NCBI GenBank assembly: GCA_038040345.1
Contig: JBBPIQ010000002.1
Coordinates: 189,747 to 253,746, forward strand
Origin: Chloroflexota bacterium
GTDB taxonomy: Bacteria > Chloroflexota > Limnocylindria > P2-11E
Length of the DNA stretch: 64,000 bases
Direction: 5' to 3'
In this document: positions 8,674-19,131 of the stretch, piece after piece
Numbering within the stretch: the stretch's first letter is position 1
Layout: each line of letters begins with the position of its first letter
The notes under the pieces: model-generated
What the model was told of the DNA's origin: nothing
Database searches by the model: none
Seen by the model: the letters and a program-made list of their open reading frames with translations, nothing else
Program-made: the position numbers and the translations under genes

Positions 8674-10800
8674 TTGAACGCATCGCCTCTTCTGTGGGTC
8701 GTGCCGATCTCTGGCGTCCTGGCACTGGCGGTCGCGGGCTACTTCGCGTACGACGTCCTGCGTTCGCCGACCGGCACTCCCGCGATGCAGAAGGTCGCCG
8801 CGGCGATTTACGTCGCGGCTGTGGCGTTCATGCAGCGCCAGTACCGGACCATCGCGCTCCTCGCCCTCGGCGGCATGGTCGTCATTGGTCTCGTCATCTA
8901 CTTCTTCGAATCGGCGCCCGGCGTTTCCCCGATGGAGCTCGCGATCAAGACATCGATCGCGTTCATCGTCGGTGCAGCGTGCTCGATGGCCGCGGGCATC
9001 GTCGGTATGTTCGTCGCGGTGAAGTCGAATCTACGAACCGCGGCCGCGGCGCAGCATTCGGTCGCAGACGCTCTTCGCATATCGCTTCGCGGCGGTGCGG
9101 TCTCCGGGATCCTCGTCGTCGGTCTGTCGTTGATAGGCGTGTTCGTCATGTTCATCGCGTACGGCGGATTCGAGCATCCCGACCAGGCCCCATTCACGAT
9201 CGTCGGCTTCGGTTTCGGCGCGTCGTTCGTCGCACTCTTCGCGCAGCTTGGCGGCGGGATCTACACGAAGGCCGCCGACCTCGGCGCCGACCTCGTGGGC
9301 AAAATCGAGGCCGGCATTCCCGAGGACGACCCGCGCAACGCGGCTGTGATCGCGGACCTCGTCGGCGACAACGTCGGCGACTGCGCCGGTCGTGGCGCGG
9401 ATCTCTTCGAGTCCACCGCCGCCGAGAACATCGGCGCGATGATCCTGGGCGTCGCGATCTACGCGGTCACCCAGAACCCGGCGTGGATCCTGTTCCCTCT
9501 CGTGGTCCGTGGCTTCGGCCTGATCGCGAGCATGATCGGCATCTTCACCGTGCGCGGCAGCGACACGAAGAGCCCGATGTCGTCGCTCAACCTTGGTTAC
9601 TACATCACGATCGCGCTCTCCATCGCCGGCATGTTCCTCGTCACGAACGTGATGCTCAACGAGAAAGGCGCCGGCATCTGGTTCTTCTATGCCGGCGTCG
9701 TCGGCATCCTCACGAGCCTCGCGTTCGTCTACATCACGCAGTACTACACATCGGGCGACTGGCGACCGGTGAAGGAGATCGCGGAGGCCGCGAAGACGGG
9801 TCCGGCCACGACGATCATCTCGGGGATCGCGGTCGGCTTCGAGACCACCGCCGCGTCGGTGATCACCATCTCCATCGCTCTTTTCCTCAGCCACTGGTTC
9901 GGCGACCAGTGGGCCGCCGCGACCGGTCTCCCGCACGGCGGTATCTACGGCACCGCCGTTGCGACGATGGGGATGCTCATGAGCGCCGCGTTCATCCTGG
10001 CCGAGGACACCTTCGGTCCCATCACGGACAACGCCGGTGGCGTCGCGTCGATGGCCCGCGCGTCGGAGGAGACCCGTGAACGTACGGACCGTCTCGATGC
10101 CGTCGGCAACACCACCAAGGCACTCACCAAGGGGTACGCCGTCGGTTCGGCCGCGCTCGCGGCCTTCCTGCTCTTCTCGGCGTATCTCGACAAGATCGCG
10201 CAACTCACCGGCAAGCCGTTCAACTCTGTCGACCTCGCGAAGGTCGACGTCTTCCTCGGCGGCTTCCTCGGGGCGATGCTCGTGTACCTCTTCTCCTCGC
10301 TCGCGATCCGCGCGGTCGGCCGCGCCGGCGCCGCGATCATCCAAGAGGTGCGGACACAGTTCCGCGAGCACCCCGGGATCATGGCCGGCACCGAGGAACC
10401 GAACTACGCGCGCGTTGTAGACATCACCACCGCTTCGGCGCTGCGCAACATGATCGCGCCAGGCCTCCTCGCCATCGCCGCCCCAATAGTCGTCGGCATT
10501 CTGCTCAAGGCCGAGGCCGAGGCGGCGATGCTGATGGTCGGCACGATGGCCGGCGTCATCCTCGCCACTGTTCTGAACAACGGCGGCGGCGCGTGGGACA
10601 ACGCGAAGAAGTACATCGAGTCCGGGATGCTCAAGGACGAAAACGGCAAGGTCCTCGGCAAAGGCACGCCGGCGCACGCCGCTGCGGTCGTCGGCGACAC
10701 CGTCGGAGATCCGTTCAAAGACACCGCCGGCCCGAGCCTGCACGTCCTCATCAAGCTCCTCGCGACGATCACGCTCGTTCTCGCTCCGCTCTTCGTCTAG
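8674..10800 (+). CDS. hppA: membrane-bound proton-translocating pyrophosphatase
   Basis: TTG start after GGGGGT; about 16 TM segments; signature GDNVGDCAGRGADLFES and DTVGDPFKDTAGPSL. Confidence 0.9.
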   Translation: MNASPLLWVVPISGVLALAVAGYFAYDVLRSPTGTPAMQKVAAAIYVAAVAFMQRQYRTIALLALGGMVVIGLVIYFFESAPGVSPMELAIKTSIAFIVGAACSMAAGIVGMFVAVKSNLRTAAAAQHSVADALRISLRGGAVSGILVVGLSLIGVFVMFIAYGGFEHPDQAPFTIVGFGFGASFVALFAQLGGGIYTKAADLGADLVGKIEAGIPEDDPRNAAVIADLVGDNVGDCAGRGADLFESTAAENIGAMILGVAIYAVTQNPAWILFPLVVRGFGLIASMIGIFTVRGSDTKSPMSSLNLGYYITIALSIAGMFLVTNVMLNEKGAGIWFFYAGVVGILTSLAFVYITQYYTSGDWRPVKEIAEAAKTGPATTIISGIAVGFETTAASVITISIALFLSHWFGDQWAAATGLPHGGIYGTAVATMGMLMSAAFILAEDTFGPITDNAGGVASMARASEETRERTDRLDAVGNTTKALTKGYAVGSAALAAFLLFSAYLDKIAQLTGKPFNSVDLAKVDVFLGGFLGAMLVYLFSSLAIRAVGRAGAAIIQEVRTQFREHPGIMAGTEEPNYARVVDITTASALRNMIAPGLLAIAAPIVVGILLKAEAEAAMLMVGTMAGVILATVLNNGGGAWDNAKKYIESGMLKDENGKVLGKGTPAHAAAVVGDTVGDPFKDTAGPSLHVLIKLLATITLVLAPLFV

Positions 10801-11028
10801 CGAGTCAGCGCGAGCGCGGGTCGTGTCCGGGCGACGGGGGCGAGCAGCGCCGGGGTCTTCTTCGCTCGGCCCCTCGTGGGATCGCGATGGACCGCCCGCC
10901 AGGGGCCGCTCGCTCAGAAGACCCCGACGCCGCTCAACCCGCTCCCCCGTGCCACCCGCGGCCCGCGATCGCCTGTCACCTATCGGGTGATACCGAGCGT
11001 GATGGTCGCTCGTTAATGTTCCGAGAGC

Positions 11029-11784
11029 GTGGCAGGCTCGATCGACTTCAATAGTGATTTGGGCGAGGGCGCCGGCACCGATATGGCCCTCATGCCTTTG
11101 ATAACGAGCGCGAACATCGCGTGCGGTGGGCACGCCGGAAACGAGAACACCATGCGCACCACCGTCGAGCTCGCGATGAAAAACAAAGTCGCGATCGGTG
11201 CGCATCCCGGTTACCCCGATCGCGAACGGTTCGGGCGCGTGGCGATGGACATCCCGGCCCGCGAGCTGATCGAGTCGATCCGTCGCCAGATCGACTCGCT
11301 CGTCGGGATCGCGTCGCGCGTGGGCGCACGCGTCACGCACGTCAAGGTTCACGGTGCGCTGTACAACCAAGGGGAGCGTGACGCGACGATCGCGCGGAAC
11401 ATCATCTTCGGCGTCCAGGCGGCGACCGGCGGGCACGAGCTCGTCATCGTCGCGCCACCCGGCTCGGCGATGCTGCAAGAGGCGAGCGGCATGGGAATGA
11501 AGGTCGCGCGAGAAGGCTTTGTGGATCGCGCGTACGAATCCGACGGCACGCTGCAGTCGCGCTCGGTCGCGGGCTCGGTGCTCACCGATCCAGCGGATGC
11601 GGTGCGGCAGGCCCTTTCGTTCGTGAAGAACGGCGGGGTGACCGCGGTCGACGGGACATTCGTAAAGCTCGCGGTCGACACGCTGTGCCTCCACGGCGAC
11701 ACGCCCGGCGCGCCCGACATCGCGCGTGCGGTCCGTGACGCGCTCGGCAAAGCCAAGGTGAAGGTCGCGCCGTTCCGGTCCTGA
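11029..11784 (+). CDS. pxpA: 5-oxoprolinase subunit A (LamB/YcsF family)
   Basis: IDFNSDLGEG...ANIACGGHAGN...GAHPGYPD motifs. Confidence 0.85.
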   Translation: MAGSIDFNSDLGEGAGTDMALMPLITSANIACGGHAGNENTMRTTVELAMKNKVAIGAHPGYPDRERFGRVAMDIPARELIESIRRQIDSLVGIASRVGARVTHVKVHGALYNQGERDATIARNIIFGVQAATGGHELVIVAPPGSAMLQEASGMGMKVAREGFVDRAYESDGTLQSRSVAGSVLTDPADAVRQALSFVKNGGVTAVDGTFVKLAVDTLCLHGDTPGAPDIARAVRDALGKAKVKVAPFRS

Positions 11785-12413
11785 GCGATCCACGGATCGC
11801 TCCCTTCGGCGACGGCGCGCTCCTCGTCGAGCTCGGCGACCACATCGATGAGGCTGTCGCGGACCGTGCTCGCGCGCTCGCGGACGCGTGGGACGCGCAA
11901 GGTCACGGGCGCGCGGTCCCGGCGTACGCCTCCGTCGTCGTGCGGTTCGACCCACTTCGCATCGCGCCGGCCGACGCTGAGCGCGAAGTCATGCGGCTAG
12001 CGAAGACCCCGGGTCGCGTGGCTATCGAAGGTGGTCGCGAGGTCGAGATCCCGACGCACTACGACGGACCGGATCTTCTCGAGACGGCCGAGCGGTCGAA
12101 GCTCTCCGTCGAGGAGCTCGTCGCGCTGCACTCGGGTCGCACATATCGCGCGTTCTTCCTCGGGTTCCTCCCCGGCTTCGCGTACTGCGGCGTTCTCGAG
12201 CCGCGGATCGTCGCGCCTCGTCTGGTGCGCCCGCGCGAGCGCGTCCCCGCGGGGTCCGTGGCGATCGCCGACGGCCAGACCTCGATCTATCCATTCGATT
12301 CGCCTGGCGGCTGGCGACTCATCGGACGGACCGACGCCCGCATCTTCGACAGTACGAGAGAGCCGCCCGCGCTCATTCGGCCAGGAGATCGCGTGCGGTT
12401 CGTCCCGCTGTGA
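11784..12413 (+). CDS. pxpB: 5-oxoprolinase subunit B (KipI-like)
   Basis: in-frame extension upstream of ORF 11940..12413 (DPRIAPFGDGALLVELGD...); start codon not resolved. Confidence 0.75.
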   Translation, partial: SDPRIAPFGDGALLVELGDHIDEAVADRARALADAWDAQGHGRAVPAYASVVVRFDPLRIAPADAEREVMRLAKTPGRVAIEGGREVEIPTHYDGPDLLETAERSKLSVEELVALHSGRTYRAFFLGFLPGFAYCGVLEPRIVAPRLVRPRERVPAGSVAIADGQTSIYPFDSPGGWRLIGRTDARIFDSTREPPALIRPGDRVRFVPL

Positions 12414-13309
12414 TTCGTATCGAGGCGATCGGGCTGCGCGCGACCGTTCAGGACCGCGGCCGCTTCGGTCATCTTCGCGAGGGCGTTCCGCCGTCCGGTC
12501 CCGCCGATCCCGCCGCGTTCGCCGCCGCGCAGGTCCTGGTCGGTAACGATGTCGCCGCCGCGGCGATCGAGATCGTCGGCGACGCATTCACTTTCCGCTG
12601 CGAGGACCGCCGGATCGTCGCGGTGACCGGGAGAGACGTCGCGCTGCGCGGGCGGGACCTCGTCCCCGGGTGGACCGCGACGTTCGCGCGTCCTGGTGAG
12701 ACGTTCACGGTGCTCTGCGGCGAGCGTTCGCGGTTCGCCTACCTCGCCGTGTCCGGTGGCATAGCGACCGAACCGATCCTTGGAAGCCGCTCTGCGTATC
12801 TGCCCGCCGGCCTCGGCCGCGCCCTGCGGACCGGAGAGGACCTGCCGCTCGGGATGTCTCGCGTGGACGTCGAGCGGGCTGGTCGTTTCGCGGTCAGTCC
12901 TGATTACGACACCGGACAGATACGCGCCATCACGGGTCCGCACGCGCAACGTTTCACCGATGAGGCCGATTCCCTGTTCTTCAGCTCCGAATTCCGGGTG
13001 GAACCCGCGAGCGACCGCATGGGCGCGCGCCTGAGCGGCCCCCGGATCGCAGCGCGCGAAGGCGAAATCCTCACCACCGGTGTCGTCGCCGGAGCTGTGC
13101 AGATCCCGTCAGGTGGCGCGCCGATCGTCCTGCTCGCGGAGCATCAAGCGACGGGCGGCTACCCGGTGATCGCGACAGTGGTCACCGCGGATGTCGGTCT
13201 CGTCGCTCAGCGCCTGCCAGGCGAACGCCTTGGCTTCACGCGGGTCGATCGAGGTTTCGCAGTCGCGGCACTTCGCGACGCGCGCGCGGCGCTCGAGGCC
13301 ATCGCATGA
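12410..13309 (+). CDS. pxpC: 5-oxoprolinase subunit C (KipA-like)
   Basis: GTG start overlapping pxpB stop; IRIEAIGLRATVQDRGRFG... Confidence 0.8.
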   Translation: MIRIEAIGLRATVQDRGRFGHLREGVPPSGPADPAAFAAAQVLVGNDVAAAAIEIVGDAFTFRCEDRRIVAVTGRDVALRGRDLVPGWTATFARPGETFTVLCGERSRFAYLAVSGGIATEPILGSRSAYLPAGLGRALRTGEDLPLGMSRVDVERAGRFAVSPDYDTGQIRAITGPHAQRFTDEADSLFFSSEFRVEPASDRMGARLSGPRIAAREGEILTTGVVAGAVQIPSGGAPIVLLAEHQATGGYPVIATVVTADVGLVAQRLPGERLGFTRVDRGFAVAALRDARAALEAIA

Positions 13310-13396
13310 CGAAGCGAGACCTGCTCGCAGTCTTCCCAGCGGTCCGCGCTTGCCGCAATCTAGCCAACGAATGAAGCGGCATCGCCGGGTGACCGG

Positions 13397-15055
13397 ATGA
13401 CCGACGAAGTCGATCCGCGGCTCGTCGCCCTCGGCCTCGTGCCGGGTCCCGCCGCAGCGCCCGCGCCGCCGGATTGGGAGACGGCCGCTCCGCCGAAGCC
13501 CACCGACTGGGTGATCCCGACGGCTCCGGCTGTTGCACCTCCGCCGCCGCCTCCGCCTCAGCCCTCGGCGACCCCATCGGTGAGCATGCCAGCACACAAA
13601 CCGCTCACCGTCGGCGATCTCTTCCCGGGGATGGGTAAGTTCAGCGGCACGCCCTCGCCGGACGCCCCCGCGGCGCAACCACCACCGCCGACTTTCACGC
13701 CGGCGCCGCAGTCGTTCGCACCGGCCGCACCACTCGCTCAGCCCGCAACGCCACCACCGCCGCAGACATTCGCGCCGGCGCCCGCGTACACGCCGCCTTC
13801 GTACACGGCGCCGGTCGCGCCGCCGGAGCCTGAAGCGCCGGTCCGCGAAGCGCCCCCGCCGCTGCCTCCACTCGCCGCCGCGATGCCGACGCCAGTCGCT
13901 AAAGCGGTCGAGGCGCCGGCGATCCCGACGAAGAAAGAGAAGGCGGCGAAGCCCAAGAAAGAGAAAGCCGCGAAGGCCGAGAAGGCCGCCAAGCCCGCGA
14001 AGCCCGAGGTCGTGAAGCCCGAGAAGGTGAAGGCGCCGCCAAAGCCGCGGTTCGTCCTTCCGCCGAGCGGCGTCCTTCTTCGCGGACCGATCGTCATGGG
14101 CTACCCGGAGCAGAAGCTGCAGATCACGCTCGAGCAGCTCGGCTTCCGTATCAACGCGAAGGAGCCGATCGACGTCGCCTGGACGGACGTTCGCGAGATC
14201 AAGTCGCGGCGCGGGCGAGTCGTCGTGCGCACGAAGGGCAGGCCCGTCGCGTTCGGCATTCCGGTCGAAGGCGTTGCCGAACCGACGCTCTCCGGTCCAC
14301 TCGCGCGCGTCGTCAAAGAGGCGAGCGGCGGCAGCCTCGACCTTGCCGGGAGCTCGTTCCTCGAGCTGCAGAACGCGACCGATTCGCTGCGCGACCACTT
14401 CCACGACGAAGACGACCCGCTCGTTCCGACCGTGGTCGGCCTCGTGTTCGGGCTCGCAGGTCTGACGTTCACCGCACTTCTGCCGGATGCGCTCGCCATC
14501 GCGACGCGCACACCTGTCGCCGTCGGCGCATACCTGCTCGACTATCCCCTCGCTGGATTCGACCCGCGCATCCTCGCTGCCGCGTTCGCGGCCGCTGCGA
14601 TGCTGGCCGCGGGGATCGTGCGCGTCGCGATGGGGAAGGCTGCCACCGCATGGGCGCGTGGCACGCTCCGCGGCTGGCACGAAGGCGCGCGCCGGCCGGT
14701 CGCTCTTCTCCGCCGCGGGCTCGCCGCGATCGTGCTGAACCCGTCGATCGCGGCGGCCGTCCTGCTTGCCGCGATCGTCATGTGCCTACCGAGCGCGCGC
14801 GCGCAGACGATCATCGACGAGAGCGGCTTCCACATCATGCGGGCGCTTCCATTCTTTGACGACAACCGCTCGTGGACGTCGGTGAAGGACATGAAGACCG
14901 TCCCGGCGCCCACGGTGCAGCACTTCGAGGGTGTCGCCGTAATCTTCACTTTCACCGACAACTCGCAGGTCTCGACGCTCGACGCGCACCTGCGCGGCGG
15001 GACCGATAAGCAGCTGCTCACGAGCGCCACCCAGTGGCAGCGCGAGGCGCAATAG
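13397..15055 (+). CDS. hypothetical Pro-rich / Lys-rich protein with C-terminal hydrophobic domain
   Basis: 552 aa; poly-Pro segment, KKEKAAKPKKEKAAKAEKAAKPAKPE repeat, later TM helices. Confidence 0.45.
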   Translation: MTDEVDPRLVALGLVPGPAAAPAPPDWETAAPPKPTDWVIPTAPAVAPPPPPPPQPSATPSVSMPAHKPLTVGDLFPGMGKFSGTPSPDAPAAQPPPPTFTPAPQSFAPAAPLAQPATPPPPQTFAPAPAYTPPSYTAPVAPPEPEAPVREAPPPLPPLAAAMPTPVAKAVEAPAIPTKKEKAAKPKKEKAAKAEKAAKPAKPEVVKPEKVKAPPKPRFVLPPSGVLLRGPIVMGYPEQKLQITLEQLGFRINAKEPIDVAWTDVREIKSRRGRVVVRTKGRPVAFGIPVEGVAEPTLSGPLARVVKEASGGSLDLAGSSFLELQNATDSLRDHFHDEDDPLVPTVVGLVFGLAGLTFTALLPDALAIATRTPVAVGAYLLDYPLAGFDPRILAAAFAAAAMLAAGIVRVAMGKAATAWARGTLRGWHEGARRPVALLRRGLAAIVLNPSIAAAVLLAAIVMCLPSARAQTIIDESGFHIMRALPFFDDNRSWTSVKDMKTVPAPTVQHFEGVAVIFTFTDNSQVSTLDAHLRGGTDKQLLTSATQWQREAQ

Positions 15056-15059
15056 CCGA

Positions 15060-15653
15060 TCAGGCCTTCTTGCCGAGACGCTCGACGTATTTCGCGAGCA
15101 CGTCCGTCTCGACGTTGACGAGGTCGCCCGGCGCTAACGAACCGAGTGTCGTGCGCTCGGCAGTATTGGGGATGAGCGCGATCTCGAAATAGGTTTTGCC
15201 GAGGGCCGCGATCGCAAGCGATACGCCGTCAAGCGTGATGAACCCCCTCACCACGATGTAGCGGGCGAGGCCCTTGGGCACCGCGAAACGCAGGCGCGCC
15301 GCCCCACCGCCCTGCTCGCGACGACCGACCAGCTTGGTCGTCGCGTCGACCTGCCCTTGCACGAAGTGGCCGCCAAGTGCCGTCGTCGGCGTCGCCGCAG
15401 GCTCGAGGTTCACGCGCGTTCCGCGGATCGCACGGCCGAGTGTCGTACGCGAGAGGGTCTCCGCGACGACGTCGACGGCGAACCCGTGGGTGTCCCGCTC
15501 CACGACGGTGAGGCACACGCCGGCGACGTTGACGTTCGCGTCGATGCCGAGGTCCTGGGCCACATGTGACGAAGCGATCTCGAGTCGGAGACCCGACGCC
15601 TTCGGAGCGGTGTGTCGGACTGCACCTATCTCCGCGACGGCCCCGGTGAACAT
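15060..15653 (-). CDS. ribE: riboflavin synthase
   Basis: MFTGAVAEIGAV...GVCLTVVE...GFITLDGVSLAIA, two lumazine-binding repeats. Confidence 0.85.
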   Translation of the reverse strand: MFTGAVAEIGAVRHTAPKASGLRLEIASSHVAQDLGIDANVNVAGVCLTVVERDTHGFAVDVVAETLSRTTLGRAIRGTRVNLEPAATPTTALGGHFVQGQVDATTKLVGRREQGGGAARLRFAVPKGLARYIVVRGFITLDGVSLAIAALGKTYFEIALIPNTAERTTLGSLAPGDLVNVETDVLAKYVERLGKKA

Positions 15654-16721
15654 CTAGTCGAGCGTTCCTTCCAGCGCCAGATCGGCGCCGAGCCTGCGCA
15701 CGCGCACGTCGTGAAGCTCGCTCGCCTTCGGGACACCTTCGAGCGCCGGCGGTCCGTCACCGCCCGCAACGGGCGACATGAGAAGGAGCACGCGATCGGC
15801 GAGACCGCCACGCACGAGCGCGCCGGCCACCTGCGGCCCGGCCTCGCTCATCACGGTATTCACGCCGTGCTCGCCGAGCCAGCGGAGCACAGCGCCGAGG
15901 TCGAGTCCACCGTCGGCGCGCGGAGCGGTGACCAGCAGCACTCCCGCCTCGCGAAGCTTGTTCGTGCGGCGCACGTCGGCATCGCGCGCGACGAAGATCA
16001 CGGTGCGCTGCGGATCCTTCGCCCGCACGATCTTCGCTGTGATCGGAGTGCGCGCGTCCGCGTCGACGATGACGCGCAGCGGATCCCGTCCTTTGACCTC
16101 GCGTACCGTGAGTGCGGGGTCGTCGGCGAGAACGCTATCGATCCCGGCGAGGACCGCATCCGTGCGGTCGCGCAGGCGATGCACCTCGCGAAGGGCGGGC
16201 TTCCCCGAAAGGTCGCGCCGCCCGGGGACTGCCGCGCGGCCGTCGACCGTGGTCGCGAGCTTCAGCAGCACGAATGGCCGCCCGCGCTTCAGACGAGACA
16301 CGAATCCCGCGTTGAGGCGCTCGGCTTCATCTCGGAGAAGGCCCTCCTCGACCTCGATCCCGGCGGCGCGGAGCCCGCGTATGCCCTTGCCGTCGGTGCG
16401 CGGATCCGGGTCGCGCATCGCGACGACGACCCGCGCGATGCCCGCCTCGCGAACCGCGTCGACGCACGGCGGCGTGCGGCCCTGGTGCGCGCACGGCTCG
16501 AGATTCGTGAAGAGCGTCGCGCCGCGCGCGGCCTCGCCGGCCTTGCGGAACGCGTTGACCTCCGCGTGCGCCTCGCCGGCCGCGTGGTAGTAACCCTCGC
16601 CGACCACCTTGCTATCGCGAACAACAACAGCGCCGACCAGAGGATCGGGGCTGGTCCTGCCGGCACCGCGCACGGCGAGTCGGAGCGCGCGGCGCATGTG
16701 GATGGTGTCCGTGTCGATCAC
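15654..16721 (-). CDS. ribD: bifunctional pyrimidine deaminase / 5-amino-6-(5-phosphoribosylamino)uracil reductase
   Basis: HAEVNA and EPCAHQGRTPPC deaminase motifs followed by a reductase domain. Confidence 0.85.
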   Translation of the reverse strand: MIDTDTIHMRRALRLAVRGAGRTSPDPLVGAVVVRDSKVVGEGYYHAAGEAHAEVNAFRKAGEAARGATLFTNLEPCAHQGRTPPCVDAVREAGIARVVVAMRDPDPRTDGKGIRGLRAAGIEVEEGLLRDEAERLNAGFVSRLKRGRPFVLLKLATTVDGRAAVPGRRDLSGKPALREVHRLRDRTDAVLAGIDSVLADDPALTVREVKGRDPLRVIVDADARTPITAKIVRAKDPQRTVIFVARDADVRRTNKLREAGVLLVTAPRADGGLDLGAVLRWLGEHGVNTVMSEAGPQVAGALVRGGLADRVLLLMSPVAGGDGPPALEGVPKASELHDVRVRRLGADLALEGTLD

Positions 16722-16936
16722 GGCTGCTAGTCTGCGGCCCTCGTGACCGTCGTGAAGAAGCCCGGCGCCACGAACCCCGGGGGACGAGCTCCTTCAGTCC
16801 GCTCTCGCGCAGCTTGACCGCGCCGCGAAGGCGATCAATCTCGACCCGAGGATGCACCGCTTCCTGCAGCAGCCCGAGGGGAGAACACTCGGCCCCGATT
16901 GCATAATTATCCACTCGACCGCATAATTCCCCGTCT

Positions 16937-17959
16937 ATGCCGACGAAGGTCGCGATCGTGGGCGTCACCGGTTATGCGGGCGGCGAGCTCGCGCGTCTTG
17001 TGCTGCGACACCCCGAGGCGAGGCTCGTCGCCGCCGTGGCGCGCTCGCATAAAGGCGAGTCGTTGCGTGCCGTGCAGCCGCACCTGCACGCCGCACCGGA
17101 TTCGCTCGTGGTCGGGACGGACGTAGACGACGCCGAGGTCGTCTTCACGGCGTTGCCGGCGGGCGAGGCCGCGAAGCAGGCTCGCGCATGGCTCGACGAC
17201 GGCCGCACCGTCATCGACATCGGGAGCGACTTCCGCCTCCGCGATCCGAAGCTCTACGAGCGCTGGTACGGCTACACGCATCCCGCACCCGAGCTGCTGA
17301 AGGAAGCGGTCTACGGCCTCACCGAGCTGACGCGCGATCGCGTGCGAACCGCGCGCCTCATCGCCAACCCCGGGTGCTATCCGACCGCGGCGCTGCTGGC
17401 GCTGCTTCCCGCGCTGAAGGCGGGACTCGTGACCGAGGACGTCATCGTCGACGCGAAGTCGGGCGTGAGCGGCGCCGGTCATGCCGTCGAAGACGCGTTC
17501 CTCTTCGGCACGATCGACGAGAGCGTTCGCCCATACGGCGTGCCGAAGCACCGGCACACGCCGGAGATCGCGCAGGAAGCCGCGGCGCTTCTCGGCAAGC
17601 CGCTCAAGCTCACGTTCACGCCGCACCTCATTCCAATGAACCGCGGCCTCATCGCGTCCTGTTATGCACCGCTTCGTTCCGGCAAGACCATCAAGGACGT
17701 TGCGGCTACGTACGCGAGGGAATACGCGGAGGAGCCCTTCGTACGCGTCCTCGATACCTATCCCTCGACAAAGGCGACCCTCGGCAGCAACTGGTGCCTC
17801 GTGCACGCCCTCGTCGACGAGGAGAACTCGCGTCTCGTCGCGTTCGCTGCGCTCGATAACCTGGTGAAAGGCGCTGCGGGCTCGGCCCTGCAGAACTTCA
17901 ACGCGCGGTTCGGCTATCCCGAAACGATGGGGCTCGAGGCGCTGCCGCTGTGGCCGTGA
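16937..17959 (+). CDS. argC: N-acetyl-gamma-glutamyl-phosphate reductase
   Basis: MPTKVAIVGVTGYAGGEL...ANPGCYPTA. Confidence 0.9.
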   Translation: MPTKVAIVGVTGYAGGELARLVLRHPEARLVAAVARSHKGESLRAVQPHLHAAPDSLVVGTDVDDAEVVFTALPAGEAAKQARAWLDDGRTVIDIGSDFRLRDPKLYERWYGYTHPAPELLKEAVYGLTELTRDRVRTARLIANPGCYPTAALLALLPALKAGLVTEDVIVDAKSGVSGAGHAVEDAFLFGTIDESVRPYGVPKHRHTPEIAQEAAALLGKPLKLTFTPHLIPMNRGLIASCYAPLRSGKTIKDVAATYAREYAEEPFVRVLDTYPSTKATLGSNWCLVHALVDEENSRLVAFAALDNLVKGAAGSALQNFNARFGYPETMGLEALPLWP

Positions 17960-19131
17960 TCAACGACGTCCTCGGATTCACGGTGGGCGTCGCGTCGGCG
18001 GGTGTAAAGGACGGGACGCGCCGGCGCACGGACGTCGCGCTCATCGTCTCGGACCGCGACTGCGCGGCGGCGGGTGTCTTCACCACGAACGAGGTGATCG
18101 CCGCACCGTGCGTCGTGACGCGGAAGCATCTCGAGCACGGAAGGCTTCGCGCGATCGTCGTGAACTCGGGCAACGCCAACGCCTGCACCGGAGAGGCGGG
18201 CGAGCGCAACGCGATTGCGATGGCGCAGGCGGCGGCCGACAAGATCGGTTGCGATCCGCACGAGGTCGCCGTGGCGAGCACGGGCGTCATCGGGGTCCCG
18301 CTGCCCGTCGAACGGATCGCGGCCGCCGTGTCCGCGATGAGCCTGCGCGCCGGTGACTGGAACGAGGTCGCGAAGGCGATCATGACGACCGACACCCGGC
18401 CCAAGCTGCAGAGCGTCGAGGTCCCCCTCGCTGGGGGGGTGGTGCACCTGCGCGGAGTCGCGAAGGGCGCCGGGATGATCCATCCCAACATGGCCACGCT
18501 GCTCGCGTTCGTGTTGACCGACGCGGAGGTCGCGGCCGAAGAGCTTCAGGAAATGCTCGAGGACGCCGCGGACGCGAGCTTCAACCTGATCAGCATCGAT
18601 GGCGACACGAGCACCAACGACACGCTCCTCATCCTCGCGAACGGCGCGTCGGGTATCGAGCCCCGTGGCGACGACCTGGGGAAGTTCGGCGCAGCGGTCC
18701 GCGGTCTTTGCGAGACCCTGGCCCGAGAGGTCCTCGCCGACGGCGAAGGGGTCACCAAGGTCTTCGAGGTCCAGGTTAGTGGCGCGGCGTCCGCCGAGGA
18801 CGCGCGACGCGCGGCGCGGACGATCACCACTTCGAATCTCGTGAAGACGGCCATCCACGGCGCGGATCCGAACTGGGGCCGCATCCTCGCGGCCGCGGGA
18901 CGCTCCGGCGCGAAGGTGGATCAGACCAAAGCCAGCGTGCACATCGCCGACGTCGCGGTGTTCGCGCAGGGCTCGCCGCGCGCGTTCGACAGTGACGCGG
19001 TGCGCCGGGTGTTCGAGCAACGGGACATCACCATCGGCGTGGACCTCGGCGTGGGTTCAGAGTCCGCGCACGCCTGGGGCACCGATCTCTCGGCGGACTA
19101 CGTGCGGATCAATGCCGAATACACCACGTAA
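17950..19131 (+). CDS. argJ: glutamate N-acetyltransferase / ornithine acetyltransferase
   Basis: GTG start overlapping argC stop; NSGNANACTGE...ATLLAFVLTDA. Confidence 0.9.
   Translation: MAVINDVLGFTVGVASAGVKDGTRRRTDVALIVSDRDCAAAGVFTTNEVIAAPCVVTRKHLEHGRLRAIVVNSGNANACTGEAGERNAIAMAQAAADKIGCDPHEVAVASTGVIGVPLPVERIAAAVSAMSLRAGDWNEVAKAIMTTDTRPKLQSVEVPLAGGVVHLRGVAKGAGMIHPNMATLLAFVLTDAEVAAEELQEMLEDAADASFNLISIDGDTSTNDTLLILANGASGIEPRGDDLGKFGAAVRGLCETLAREVLADGEGVTKVFEVQVSGAASAEDARRAARTITTSNLVKTAIHGADPNWGRILAAAGRSGAKVDQTKASVHIADVAVFAQGSPRAFDSDAVRRVFEQRDITIGVDLGVGSESAHAWGTDLSADYVRINAEYTT

Noticed and set aside
8600-8680. Sigma-54 (-24/-12) promoter candidates near rpoN-adjacent genes
   Set aside because: No convincing TGGCAC-N5-TTGC match found by eye here or elsewhere in the window.
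16722-16936. Possible FMN riboswitch upstream of ribD
   Set aside because: Could not recognise the conserved RFN core by eye; needs a covariance-model scan before any call.
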